From positions 68,757,862 through 68,805,761 of the forward strand of contig NC_068982.1 of the NCBI RefSeq assembly GCF_001194135.2: DNA of 47,900 nucleotides, in the 5' to 3' direction. Each line of letters starts with the position of its first letter. Position 1 is the first letter of the stretch. The stretch comes from Octopus bimaculoides (Eukaryota). Below, one piece after another: positions 10,431 through 23,530 of the stretch. The notes under the pieces were generated by a model, which searched no databases, was not told where the DNA came from, and saw only the letters and a program-made list of their open reading frames with translations. A program made the translations under genes and the position numbers.

Positions 10431-10804
10431 ATTTTGTAGGAGTATTGTTGTCAACTCTTTCAAGAGCAAAGGAACTATTTTAGAGAATTAATTAATTACA
10501 GAGGTATGAAATTGTTCCAATTTATGGAAATTATAACAATTGATTAGAAAGAGCACTTAGTAGTGGGAGCTTCCTCCCTTTGCTTTTGCTCTGTTCTTTT
10601 ACTGTCTTGCAAGTTAATTGACTACCTCACTAATGTCAGTGGTACTAAGAAAGCATTGAGTACACTCTGTAAAGTGGTTGGCATTAGGAAAGGTATCCAG
10701 CCATAGAAATCATGCTGAAGATGACATTGAAGCTTGATGCAGCCTTGCAGCTCACTGGTTACTGTCAAACTTTACAGCCCATGCCAACATGGAAAGTGAG
10801 CATT

Positions 10805-11083
10805 AAATAAAAATAATAATAAAAATAAAAATAAATGCGCCCTTTTAAAGCCTAGCCAGGCTCATGGGCCCAGTTTCCCGGCTTCAATGGCGTATGTGTT
10901 CCCCAGCTGGACGGGACGCCAGTCCATTGCAGCGTTACTCATTTTTGTCAGCTGAGTGGACTGGAGCAACGGCAAATGAAGTGTTTTGCTCAAGAACACA
11001 ACACGCCGCCCGGTCCAGGAATCGAAACCACAATCTTACGATCATGATGCTGATGCCCTAACTACTAAGCTATGCGCCTCCAC
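10805..11083 (-). mobile_element. tRNA-derived CORE-like SINE (family E)
   Basis: Head gtggaggcgcatagcttagtagttaggg with B box ggtttcgattcc. Central tcttgagcaaaacacttc...cactcagctgacaaaaatgagta resembles the CORE domain. A-rich tail. Confidence 0.8.
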
Positions 11084-11085
11084 AC

Positions 11086-11140
<55 letters not shown>
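11086..11140. repeat. (AAT)n microsatellite, about 18 units
   Basis: Seen directly. Confidence 0.97.
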
Positions 11141-11143
<3 letters not shown>

Positions 11144-11934
11144 TCTTTTATCGGCCACAAGTGCTGAATAATAACAACAACAGCAACAACAACAATGATG
11201 ATGGCTGCTGTTGCTGCTGCTGTGGCAGTGGCAATTGTTGTTGCTGCATATTATTTTAACAAGTCTTTTACTTGTTTCAGTCATTAGATCATGGCCATGC
11301 TGGGGCATCACCTTGAAGAAATTTTAGTCAAATGAATTGATCCCAGTATTTATTTTTCAAAAAAAAATCTGGTACTTATTTTATTGGTCTCTTTTGCTGA
11401 AGTGCTTAGTTAAGGGGATGTAAACCCACCAGCACCAGTTGTCAAGCAGCAGTGGGGAGCAAACAAAGATACACACACACACACATGCACACATATGTAT
11501 ATATATATACATATGATGGGGCTTCTTTCAGTTTCCATCTGCCAAATCCACTCGCAAGGCTTTGGTTGGCCCAAGGCAATAGTAGAAGACACATGCTTAA
11601 GGTGTCATGCAGTGGGACTGAATCTGGGACCATGTGGTTGTGTAACAAGCTTCTTATCACACAGCCACACCTACACCTATAACTATATGTAGTGTTACAT
11701 ACACACAGGAACAATGGAACCCATTTTTAGATAGGACCCTAACAGTTGTATATCTGTGTTTTTTCATTATGTGTTCATTAATATCATCTTTCTGTTTGTT
11801 TTGTGTAGCCTTATTTTTCTATTTACACTCTATTTCTCTCTTCAATTTTTTTTAGAAAACATATTTTTATAATAATTTTAAACATTGCATTAAAAACAAC
11901 CATTACCCCAATAACTACAATTATAATTGTTGTA

Positions 11935-12519
11935 GTTAACTCTTTTGTTATCATATTTCTGTTGATATACACTGTAGTTGTTTGAATTCATTTTGAAAAT
12001 AATAAAGAATTTACTAAAATAACTTTATCATTATTAAGCTGGTGTTTGGAACATAAATGAACATGAAATTTTGATGGGAAGTTTTTATTTAGAGCACTTT
12101 AAAACTGGAAGTTTGTATCATAGAACCAGGATCTGTCTCAGGCAGGTTGATATAAAAAAAAGTTGTCTCCAAATCAGTATTTTGTAATTTCCCATAATCC
12201 TTGTGAAGTAAATGTAATATCTTTAATTGTGCATTATGTTTGTGTTGTATTCTATATATTTTATTAGTATTGCTAATATCTAGTGAAAAGAATGTCCAGT
12301 AAGTTTAACTGATTATTAGAAATATATTTAATCCTTTTGTTTCTATATTTTTGTTGAAATATGATGTCTTTGTTCCAATTGATTTTGAAAATAATGAAGA
12401 GTTTAGTAAGATAACTTTGTCATTATTAAGCTGGTGTTTGGAACATAAATTAGCATGAAATTTTGATGGAAGGTTTTTATGAAAGGTGGTCACAGGTGGG
12501 TTGGTATCGAAAGGGTTAA
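11935..12519. mobile_element. Two tandem degenerate piggyBac-type MITE copies related to family 1 (about 11935-12165 and 12324-12519)
   Basis: Both share ttttgaaaataat.aaga.ttta.taa.ataacttt.tcattattaagctggtgtttggaacataaat. The second ends tcgaaagggttaa. A third copy is at about 16415-16637. Confidence 0.7.
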
Positions 12520-12627
12520 ACTGTGTTTAAGAACTGTTTCCATATTTGTGTGTCTGTTTGTCTGCTTCGAACCTTTTACACGCAGATTTTATTTTTCATA
12601 AGCATTTTTGTGTTTATATGTCAACAG

Positions 12628-12715
12628 GTTGTTTGCTCGTGAAGATGGATCTCATAAAGTCTGTATTGCTGGCCTGACAGAGACTGAAGTACCAGATGTC
12701 AGCTCACTGATGCAG
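12628..12715 (+). CDS. KIF24: Kinesin-13 motor exon (LFAREDGSHKVCIAGLTETEVPDVSSLMQ)
   Basis: Acceptor tcaacag and donor gtact. 88 nt. Completes the split Arg codon cg|g from the previous exon. Confidence 0.94.
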
Positions 12716-13617
12716 GTACTGTGTATCATCACCTGACTAGGAAAAGGGTGGGATTAGAATATGTTTGAACAACCACTCACAATAAAATGTGTGGTTAAAC
12801 ATAGCAGGGAGTTCGGAGGGTACACTCTAAAGGTATCTTCTTTTATCTTTTATTTGTTTCAATCATTGGACTGAGGCCAAGCTGGGGCATCACCCTGAAG
12901 GGTTTTCCTTTTCAGTCTTAACAGATTGACCCCAGTGTTTACATTTTTATGTTTAGTCCTTATTCTATTGGTGTCTTTTGCCGAACCACTAAGTTATAGG
13001 GATGTAAAGATATAAAGAAATCAATATCAATTGCCAAGCTGTGGGGATGTGACAAACACACGCAGAAACAAAGGCTTCCCAACACATACATATGCATGTG
13101 TGTGTATGCATGTGAGTGTGTGTGCGTGTATATATATATATATATATATATNNNNNNNNNNNNNNNNNNNNNNNNNNNNNNNNNNNNNNNNNNNNNNNNN
13201 NNNNNNNNNNNNNNNNNNNNNNNNNNNNNNNNNNNNNNNNNNNNNNNNNNNNNNNNNNNNNNNNNNNNNNNNNNNNNNNNNNNNNNNNNNNNNNNNNNNN
13301 NNNNNNNNNNNNNNNNNNNNNNNNNNNNNNNNNNNNNNNNNNNNNNNNNNNNNNNNNNNNNNNNNNNNNNNNNNNNNNNNNNNNNNNNNNNNNNNNNNNN
13401 NNNNNNNNNNNNNNNNNNNNNNNNNNNNNNNNNNNNNNNNNNNNNNNNNNNNNNNNNNNNNNNNNNNNNNNNNNNNNNNNNNNNNNNNNNNNNNNNNNNN
13501 NNNNNNNNNNNNNNNNNNNNNNNNNNNNNNNNNNNNNNNNNNNNNNNNNNNNNNNNNNNNNNNNNNNNNNNNNNNNNNNNNNNNNNNNNNNNNNNNNNNN
13601 AAGCCCGTCATATACAT

Positions 13618-13653
<36 letters not shown>

Positions 13654-13737
13654 ATATGTTTGTGTCTGTGTCGACTAAAGGCGGTGCTCCAGCATGGCCA
13701 CAGTCAAATGACTGAAACAAATAAAAGACTAAAAGAG

Positions 13738-13769
<32 letters not shown>

Positions 13770-13787
13770 TATTATCATCATCATCAT

Positions 13788-14189
13788 CATTTAACATCTG
13801 CTTTCCATGCTGGCATGGGTTAGATGGTTTGATTGGAACTGGTAAGCTGGAGAGCTGTACTGGGTTTCAGTCTGATTTGGCATGGTTTCTACAGCTGCAT
13901 GCCCTTCTTAATACCAATCACTCCAAGGGCGTAAATGGGTGGTTTCTACTTGCCACCAGCATGGGTGCCATTTACATGACACTGGTAATGGCCATGACTA
14001 TGGTTTCACTTGGCTTGATGAGTCTTCTCAAGCACAACATATCACCAAAGTTTCAGTCACATGTCATTGCCTTGGTGAGGCCCAACATTCAAAGATCATG
14101 TTCCATCACCTTGTCCCTCACTTCTGTGAGGCCCAACATTTGAAGATATGGCAACAGTCATGATTATGATTTCATGGGTGTTATTAATG
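13788..14189 (-). mobile_element. Older RTE 3'-UTR-type element with (CAT)n end
   Basis: catcatcatcatttaacatctgctttccatgctggcatgggtt...ctacagctgcatgcccttc, then internal repeats. Confidence 0.7.
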
Positions 14190-15698
14190 GCCTCTGTACC
14201 TGGCTTTCGTTGACATGGAGAACGCCTTTGACAGGGTCCCCCGATCCCTTATCTGGTGGTCAATGAGGAAACTTGGGATAGAAGAATGGCTAGTGAGAGC
14301 TGTGCGAGCCATGTACAGAGATGCGGCCAGTAAGGTGAGGGTTGGAAATGAGTACAGCAATGAATTCCGGGTAGAGGTAGGGGTCCACCAAGGTTCCGTC
14401 CTCAGCCCCCTATTATTTACCATAGTCCTCCAGNNNNNNNNNNNNNNNNNNNNNNNNNNNNNNNNNNNNNNNNNNNNNNNNNNNNNNNNNNNNNNNNNNN
14501 NNNNNNNNNNNNNNNNNNNNNNNNNNNNNNNNNNNNNNNNNNNNNNNNNNNNNNNNNNNNNNNNNNNNNNNNNNNNNNNNNNNNNNNNNNNNNNNNNNNN
14601 NNNNNNNNNNNNNNNNNNNNNNNNNNNNNNNNNNNNNNNNNNNNNNNNNNNNNNNNNNNNNNNNNNNNNNNNNNNNNNNNNNNNNNNNNNNNNNNNNNNN
14701 NNNNNNNNNNNNNNNNNNNNNNNNNNNNNNNNNNNNNNNNNNNNNNNNNNNNNNNNNNNNNNNNNNNNNNNNNNNNNNNNNNNNNNNNNNNNNNNNNNNN
14801 NNNNNNNNNNNNNNNNNNNNNNNNNNNNNNNNNNNNNNNNNNNNNNNNNNNNNNNNNNNNNNNNNNNNNNNNNNNNNNNNNNNNNNNNNNNNNNNNNNNN
14901 NNNNNNNNNNNNNNNNNNNNNNNNNNNNNNNNNNNNNNNNNNNNNNNNNNNNNNNNNNNNNNNNNNNNNNNNNNNNNNNNNNNNNNNNNNNNNNNNNNNN
15001 NNNNNNNNNNNNNNNNNNNNNNNNNNNNNNNNNNNNNNNNNNNNNNNNNNNNNNNNNNNNNNNNNNNNNNNNNNNNNNNNNNNNNNNNNNNNNNNNNNNN
15101 NNNNNNNNNNNNNNNNNNNNNNNNNNNNNNNNNNNNNNNNNNNNNNNNNNNNNNNNNNNNNNNNNNNNNNNNNNNNNNNNNNNNNNNNNNNNNNNNNNNN
15201 NNNNNNNNNNNNNNNNNNNNNNNNNNNNNNNNNNNNNNNNNNNNNNNNNNNNNNNNNNNNNNNNNNNNNNNNNNNNNNNNNNNNNNNNNNNNNNNNNNNN
15301 NNNNNNNNNNNNNNNNNNNNNNNNNNNNNNNNNNNNNNNNNNNNNNNNNNNNTGGCACATGAGATGCACCATTTTGAGCGTGGCCGTTGCCAGTACCGCC
15401 TGACTGGCTCCTGTAGGATTTTCGAGCGAGATCGTTGCCAGTGCCCCTGGACTGGCTTGTGCGGGTGGCACATAAAAGACACCATTTCGAGCGTGGCCGT
15501 TTTCGTGCGGGTGACACGTAAAAGCACCCACTACACTCTCTGAGTGGTTGGCGTTAGGAAGGGCATCCAGCTGTAGAAACTCTGCCAAATCAGACTGGAG
15601 CCTGGTGTTGCCATCCGGTTTCACCAGTCCTCAGTCAAATCGTCCAACCCATGCTAGCATGGAAAGCGGACGTTAAACGATGATGATGATGATGATGA
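14190..15698 (+). mobile_element. Young 5'-truncated RTE LINE (RT fragment, gap, 3' UTR, (GAT)n tail)
   Basis: Stop-free VDMENAFDRVPRSLIWWSMRKLGIEEWLVRAVRAMY...GVHQGSVLSPLLF before the gap. 3' UTR 15353-15698 lies after it. Continuity across the gap is inferred. Confidence 0.85.
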
Positions 15699-17738
15699 CG
15701 ACTATGGTTTCATTTGGCTTGCCGAGTCTTTTCAAGCACAGCATATCACCAAAGTCTTATATTTAATTACTTTCAGGATCCAATAGAATAAAGGTATTTT
15801 AATAATAAGTATACCAAGGTAAAATCAAGGACAACATACCCATGTATTAACAGTGTGTACAGACACTCATGTACTTATTAGAGAATATACTGATTTGTCC
15901 TTCTGTTGTGCATACATCCACATGTACAGACCAAATACACTCAACGTATATGTAAAATCACACAAGAGTATACTCCAGCATGCAGTCCACAGTCCACTGT
16001 AGGCTGAAGATCCAGTGCAGGGAAGGTTCTGAGTGTGGTGTAATATAAAGTCCAATTGTGTTTTATATATATAAACTCACACACATACGCACATATATGA
16101 TGGGCTTTTGTCTATGAAATTCAATCAGAAGGCATTGCTGATCCTGGGGCTATAGTAGAAAAGAACTTACTCAAGGTACCACACACCTTGGAGAAGTGGG
16201 ACTGAACATGAAACTACGTGGTTGCAAAGCAAGCTTCTTAATCACATAGCCATGTCTGTACCTGTACAGCCATGCCTGTATCTGTGAAATAAAAAGAAAA
16301 ATTGCATTTGGGAAATTGATACATCATATTAGGAAGATGAAATACATATTTTATTATAGTTTTAAACCTTCCATTAACAACAACCCCAGTAACTACAATT
16401 ATAATTGTAGTTTATGCTTTTAATGCCATATTGTGTTGAAATACACTATGTTTGTTTTAATTAATTTTGAAAATAATAAAAAATTTATTAAAATAATTTT
16501 GGAATTCTTATCTGGTGTTTAGAACATAAATTAGGATGAAATTTTGATGGAAGGTTTTAATTAAGATCATTTTAAAACAGGGCATTTGTATAATAGAACT
16601 AAGGGTAGTTTCAGATGGATTAGTATCAAAATGGTTAAAACACTAATTCTGTTTCATAGAGCTGTGGGTGGTTTCAGGGTGGTATTAAATATTTGTATAT
16701 TTTAGGACATGCATACTTCTGTGCAAAAATGCATATACTCAATGCACACGTGTTAGGGGTATATGCAGTTTGTTATAATTGTGTTGGTAAGTCTGATTAT
16801 TTTTTCAAACCTTAAGGGTTTCTCTGGTCAACTGGATTCATTGGTGAGTTTGAAACCATTTCAGATTTAATACCAACTGCATAAATCTTATAGTCATGAA
16901 GAAATAATCAGGTTGACCAACACACACACACACACGCACATGCACACACACATGCACACACACACACACATGTACACACACACATGTACACACACACGCA
17001 CATTTACACGAACACACTGCAAAAAGGTGAAGAGATTTTTGCAGGAGTAAATTTATTTAAAAGAAAAAGAAGAAAATGCTTTGAAACCTTTATCATGGAT
17101 AAAAGAAAGAAAGTATTTACATATATATATATATATATATCAAAGAAGCTACTGGTTTCAATTGCTTTGAAAGATGATTTAGTCATGCTGAAATAAAAAT
17201 AATAAATAAATTGCAATAAATTATTTGTTCATGATATCAGTTCTGGAAGTTTGCATTTTTTTTATAAACATCATGTGGTGCTGGTATTTTGTTTCCTTCT
17301 GATTGTTGTTGAGTTATAGTTGTATTGATAGTTCAAGCAGTGTCAGTTGTCCTTTCTCATTAAGGGGTGACTATCAGAAGTAGCAATAGCTGTAATACTA
17401 GTGGCTGTAGTAGTCATGGTACTGGCTGTGTTACTCTAACTAGTAGCAGTAGTGAAAGCTTCAACAAACATTGCAGTAGGAGTGGTGGTAGTTCTCTCCC
17501 TTCCTCTCCTACAGTTATTTAGAAGTGGTCAGTATTTGGTTATGAACGTTGTATTTGTTAAGGTGTTGTGTAATTGCGAGAGAGATATTGGATAAAAATC
17601 ATAAAATTAGGTTGTTTCTTACCAATACATGTGTATATGTTCACTGAGTCCTATTTGTCTGTACAATTACCTTAAAATAACCTTTCTTTAAAAGCTAAGA
17701 AGCATGCATTATAATCTTATATTTTCCCTATATCACAG

Positions 17739-17860
17739 ATTCTTGATATTGGTAGTGCATGTCGCAGTAAAGGTTCTACAGGTGCCAATCCAGATTCATC
17801 ACGTTCTCATGCTGTATTACAGCTTCAGGTGCGAGATGGCTATGATGAATATTTTGGTCG
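17739..17860 (+). CDS. KIF24: Kinesin-13 motor exon with switch I (ILDIGSACRSKGSTGANPDSSRSHAVLQLQVRDGYDEYFGR)
   Basis: Acceptor tatcacag and donor gtgagt. 122 nt. NxxSSRSH motif. Confidence 0.96.
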
Positions 17861-17942
17861 GTGAGTGATTTTTAGCAAAACTTTTGATTATGCTATTGCT
17901 TTCCCGACTATTTTTTAACTTTAAAACATTTTCCTTTCTAGT

Positions 17943-18184
17943 ATCATCATCGTTTAACGTCCGCTTTCCATGCTAGCATGGGTTGGACGATTTGACTGAG
18001 GACTGGTGAAACAGGATGGCAACACCAGGCTCCAATATGATCTGGCAGAGTTTCTACAGCTGGATGCCCTTCCTAACGCCAACCACTCAGAGAGTGTAGT
18101 AGGTGCTTTTACGTGTCACCCGCACAAAGGCCAGTCAGGCGGTACTGGCAACGGCCATGCTCAAAATGGTGTACTTTATGTGCC
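17943..18184 (-). mobile_element. Young RTE 3' end, antisense, 82 nt after the switch I exon
   Basis: About 97% reverse complement of 15505-15687 (5 differences in 183 nt counted by eye). Confidence 0.9.
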
Positions 18185-18559
18185 TTTTATGATGATGAAT
18201 AACGTTTTTGATATTTGCATATGGGTTGTTCAAACAATTAATTTTTATTGTAAGCATGGCAGTTTGGTCAAGAAGTTTGCTTTCCAACTACATGGTTTTA
18301 GGTTCAAACCCACTGTGTCGTACCTTAGGCAAAGCTTTGTATGTGGATTTTGCAGACAGAAACTGAAAGAAGCCCACTGTGTATGGATGTGTGTGTGTGT
18401 GTGTGTGTGCGCGTGTGTGTGCGTGTGTGTGTGTGTGCATGTGCGTGCCTGTGAGTGTGTGTGTTTGTAATATTTCCCATGACCAGAATTGTATTATACA
18501 GACTGGAAATGAATGGCATTGCTTGTATGATGGTGATACTCATTTAAAGCCATCATATG

Positions 18560-19070
18560 ATGTCAAAAAAGGGCACACACAAGCTTACAGATACTTCCAC
18601 TTAAACATTATTTAGGCCAGACAGGGTGTTAATGTCAGAAGCATCCAAGCAGATGGATTTATTAAACTCTCCTATTCCATGGGAGAACTATATTGAGGAG
18701 GCCTGTGAGTGGAAGGGATCAAAATATATCGAGCTAGTGGTATTGTGTCAAAACAATGGGTGATGTGAGCAACTTATGATCTCATTGAAGTGGGATGCAG
18801 AGGTTTCATTGGTTAGTCCCCTCTGCAAAGCTGTCAGCATGCTGGGTGTCACAGAATCCACTAGATAAAAGGCCATTAAGTTGGTTACAGAGGCAGCTGA
18901 GATTGCTTCAAGGTGGTTATGGATTAACAATAGATAGATTAGTGCTATCTCATGTGGTGCCACCTGGATTCAAGTTGGACCTTGTTCAAGCCCAACTGGG
19001 TTACCTGGGTGAAGATGACTGATTGACAAAAAATACAATACATCTGCTGACTCTTGGTAACATCACTGAT
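18560..19070 (+). mobile_element. Decayed Hero/R2-superfamily LINE 3' end (restriction-like endonuclease)
   Basis: Across frameshifts: RPDRVLMSEASKQM..LSIPWENYIEEACEWKGSKY.ELV, IEVGCRGF and AIKLVTEAAEIASRWLWI, matching the RLE PD..D/ELTVPWE/PIEVGCRGF motifs. Confidence 0.7.
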
Positions 19071-19996
19071 TGTATTAGAATTAGAATTTTATATTAGAAT
19101 TTTGCCATGCCTCAAAAAAAAAAATATCTTTCATCAACACTGAGCTAAGTATTCTGGAGGTAAGCACTGAGATCTTATTTGTTTCTCTGGATACATTTCA
19201 TGATCTTATAAAAAAATCTTATTATTTTCTCATTGTCATTTCATTTGTAATATATTTGCATGCCATGGACTGCTATACATTACATAAAGATGAAAAGAAA
19301 AAAAAAAAATTTTAAGTGTACAGGTGTGACTGTGTGGGGAAGAACTTCACATCTCCACCATGTGGTTTTGGGCTCAATCCTTGTAAATGTTGCCTTGAAC
19401 CAGTGTTTTCTCCTAAAGCCTCAGACTGAAAGAATCCTGTTTTGTGTGTGTGTGTGTTTGTGATTATATTGACATCATGTGATAATTGTAAACAAGCATC
19501 ACCTTCAATTTTCTGTGGACATATATTTGACCATGGAGAAACTTGCTTGGAAACTGATGAGGGTTGATGACAAGAAGGCCATCCAGCATAGAAAATCTGC
19601 TTCAAAGAATTCTGTCTGACTCTTTTAAGAATGAAAAAGCAGATGTTAATATGAAGAAGATGATGGTAATATATAATGTCTCACTAAATAATTGAATGAT
19701 TGTTTAAACAAATGACGTTAATGTAATGGTTGTCAGTAAGTGTAACTTTTAACTCAGTAACTATTTGCTGGTATCTTTATAACTGGGTCTCAAACTTTTT
19801 AATTGATTAACTATCTAATGAATAATTCCTTGACTAAGTGTTAATAGAATTAAGTGACAGTTGTCTAAGCAACTGTCATTGTTACTCTGTGTGAGTGATT
19901 GGGTGACTGATTCAGTAATTCACTTATAAAATCGTTGTTGTTCCTACTCAAATTACATGAATATCTGAACATTTGTTTCATTGAGACATTATATAA

Positions 19997-20158
<162 letters not shown>

Positions 20159-21431
20159 TAAATCACAAATCTTCAATACAGTGGTTATTTAACATATCTC
20201 ATCAAATAATGTCACAAAAATATAAGAAGCTTCTTATCTTCCAATATTTTCATTAAAACTGATTACCTCAATAATTAATTTTAACTTACACTTAAAGACA
20301 ATTATATTAAACTGGCTACCATAAAATTGTGTAGTATTTCACTACCATTTATTACTGAAATAATAACTATACCACGTTAACTATTTAAACTCACTGGGAT
20401 GATGACTGTGGACCTATACTGTAGACAAGAGGATAATTGATGAGTGCTGGTAAAAATATGTTATGAGCTGATGGCTAAGATTTCTTATGATAGAAACTGA
20501 CTGAGGAAGAGTTAGAAAGAACTTTTGAGGTCAGATCTGAGAATATTGGGCTTTACAAATGAACACTTGAGCTCATGTATTGTATAGTTAATAGTAAAAA
20601 TATGTTTATACTTTTTAGTTTAGATTTTAGAATTTTTTTTAAAGCTTTTCAAAATGACTTATTTTTAACTTATTGTTCACAACATTTATACATAGTGTTT
20701 GGGTTTTTTCTACATCAGAATACAAAGTTAACTTTAAAATGTGATGATATTCAATTCTGTTATGTAATGTCTTCATTAAGTTGTAAATTATTCATTTACA
20801 CAGTTTGTCTTTCCTATGATATTGTCAATTGATAATTGAAACTAGGATTTTATATTTAGTTTCCATAAAACATAAAACAGTATTATGAACAACAATAGCA
20901 AACTATTACCAAATTAACCATAGATTTTAATTTTTTTAATAATTAATCCTTACCTCATGGAAGACAAATATTAGCCATTCCAAAATACACAAAGACTGTT
21001 AACTTTATTTCACTAGGTTGCAATTGGTACAATGAAAATTTTGACACCAAATAATAAATGTTTAAGTGAAGTTGATATCTTTGTGTGTTTTTGAATAATT
21101 TGCTGTAATTGTTTTAGTTTCAACACACAGTCTCAGATCAAATCACTTACCAGACAAGTATATCTCCATATTTTTTACCTGATTGAATTAACGTAAAAAA
21201 TTATTTCTTTTGTGCTGAGGGCTATAAATTAGAAATATGTTCTCACACCAAATCTGTAAACATGGTTTCCATCCCCGATTGAAACTTGTTACACTGTAGC
21301 TATATTGATAATAACTAATAAGTAAAGCCTGATTAACAATATATATTTCCTTCCATTAAAAATATTGAGTCCCCTTTTTTTTTTGTGTTTTTCTGTCCAT
21401 ATAAGAAACCAATATTCTTTTATATTCTTAG

Positions 21432-21614
<183 letters not shown>

Positions 21615-21647
21615 TAATTAGTCATGTGATGGAATCTTGGATAAGGT

Positions 21648-22018
21648 TGTTGTTGTTGTTGGCACTCCGTCGCTTACGATGTTGAGGCTTCCAGTTAATC
21701 CGATCAACGGAACAGCCTGCTCGTGAAATTAATGTGCAAGTGGCTGAGCACTCCACAGACACGTGTACCCTTAACGTAGTTCTCGGGGATATTCAGCGTG
21801 ACACAGAGTGACAAGGCTGGCCCTTTGAAATACAGGTACAACAGAAACAGGAAGTAAGAGAAAGTTGTGGTGAAAGAGTACAGCAGGGTTCGCCACCATC
21901 CCCTGCCGGAGCCTCGTGGAGCTTCAGGTGTTTTCGCTCAATAAACACTCATAATGCCCGGTCTGGGAATCGAAACCGCGAGTCTGCTGCCCTAACCACT
22001 GGGCCATTGCGCCTCCAC
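21648..22018 (-). mobile_element. SINE family A, full length with TSD
   Basis: TSD cttggataaggt at 21636-21647 and 22019-22030. (caa)n tail. Starts 34 nt after the exon donor. Confidence 0.92.
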
Positions 22019-22263
22019 CTTGGATAAGGTACATTATCACCTTTATGTTTTATCTTTTACCTGTTTCAGTCATTGGATTGTAGCCATGCTGGGGATTTAA
22101 CCAAACAAGTCAACACCAGTACCTTATTCTTTTCAAAGTTTGCTACTTATGCTATTGATTTCTTTTGCTGAACCATTAATCTAGGGGGACACAAACAAAC
22201 TGGCACCTATTAAGTTGTGGTGGTGGTGAAGTAAACATAGGCATAGAAACATATGAACACATG

Positions 22264-22296
<33 letters not shown>

Positions 22297-22310
22297 TAGG
22301 CTTCTACATA

Positions 22311-22625
22311 GAAGGCGCATGGCTCAGTGGTTAGAGCGTCGGGCTCACAATCATGAGGTAGTGAGATCGATTCATGGACTGGGCCATGTGTTGTGTTCTT
22401 GTGCAAGACATTTCATTTCATGTTGCTCCAGTTCACTCAGCTGTAGAAATGAGTTGTGATGTCACTGGTGCCAAGCTGTTTCAGTCTTTGCCTTTCCCTT
22501 GAACAGCATCGATGGCATGGAGAGGGGAGACTGGCATGCATGGGTGACTGCTGGTCAACTACCTTGCTTGGACTTGTCTTGGAAGGTAACTTTCTAGGTG
22601 CAATCCCATGGTCATTCATGAACAA
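22311..22625 (+). mobile_element. CORE-like SINE with a different 3' tail
   Basis: tRNA head gaaggcgcatggctcagtggttagagc and CORE-like cttgtgcaagacatttc...cactcagctgtagaaatgag. The 3' part is unlike families A or E. Confidence 0.7.
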
Positions 22626-22789
22626 AGTGAGTCTTTACCTTTTACATAAATTCCAGCTACTAAATCCACTCAAGGCATTGGCTGGCCAGAGGTTATAGTA
22701 GAAAGTGTTGCACAGTGGGACTCAACTAAAAACAATGTAATGGCAAAGTGAGCTTCTTAACTACACAGCTACATTTGCACCTGTGTTAA

Positions 22790-23530
22790 CTGAAATATAA
22801 GAACTTACTTCGGCCAGAAAATATTTCAGCCTGCAATAGTTGCTGAGACTCTATATGGTTCAAATGCAGCCTGAAATGGAATACTGCTTCTATATCTTGG
22901 ACAGTGTCGCTGCTGAAGACATTGATGTCTCGTGGTTTAGTGGTGAACTACAATTGTAAGATTGTGGTTTTGATTCCTGGACCAGGCGATGCATTGTGTT
23001 CTTGAGCAAAACACTTCATTTCATGTTGCTCTAGTCCACTCAGCTGACAAAAATGAGTAACCCTGTGATGGACTAGCGTCCCATCCAGGTGGGGAATTTA
23101 TACACCATGGAAACCGGGGAACCAGCCCTTATGAGTTGGCTTTACTCAAAGGTACATAGATATATTGGATTGCATTCAGAGTAGGGCCACTTGATTAATA
23201 GGTATTCAATCAATAATGGATACGCTCTTGCCTCTGGTTCACAGAAGCATTGTCTCCTCTCTTTGTTGTTTCTATCATTACTATAATGGCCTCTGTTCCT
23301 CAGAACTGGCTGGTCTTTACCTTCAGTACTTAGGCACCCTTAGCCTACTTGTCTCTCCATCTCTTGACACTCTAGCTGTTTCCAACTTCTTGGCTTCACA
23401 CTAGCTGACATCTCCAGTCCTTACTTCCCCAGAACATCATACGTCTGGAATTTTCTTCCAGCTCATGTCTTTCCTGCAGTTTGTGACCTGCAATACATTA
23501 AACAGAACATTAATGGTATCTACCAGGTTG
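22790..23530 (+). mobile_element. Decayed CR1/L2-group LINE 3' RT region, interrupted by a CORE-like SINE (about 22931-23145)
   Basis: QMQPEMEYCFYILD, LDCIQSRAT*LIG, LLPLVHRSIVSSLCCFYHYYNGLCSSELAGL and PRTSYVWNFLPAHVFP. Confidence 0.75.

Noticed and set aside
15590-15640. CTGAGGA...GAAA on the minus strand of RTE 3' UTR copies as hammerheads
   Set aside because: Only 5 nt (ctggt) between the core halves, so no stem II, and no stem I/III.
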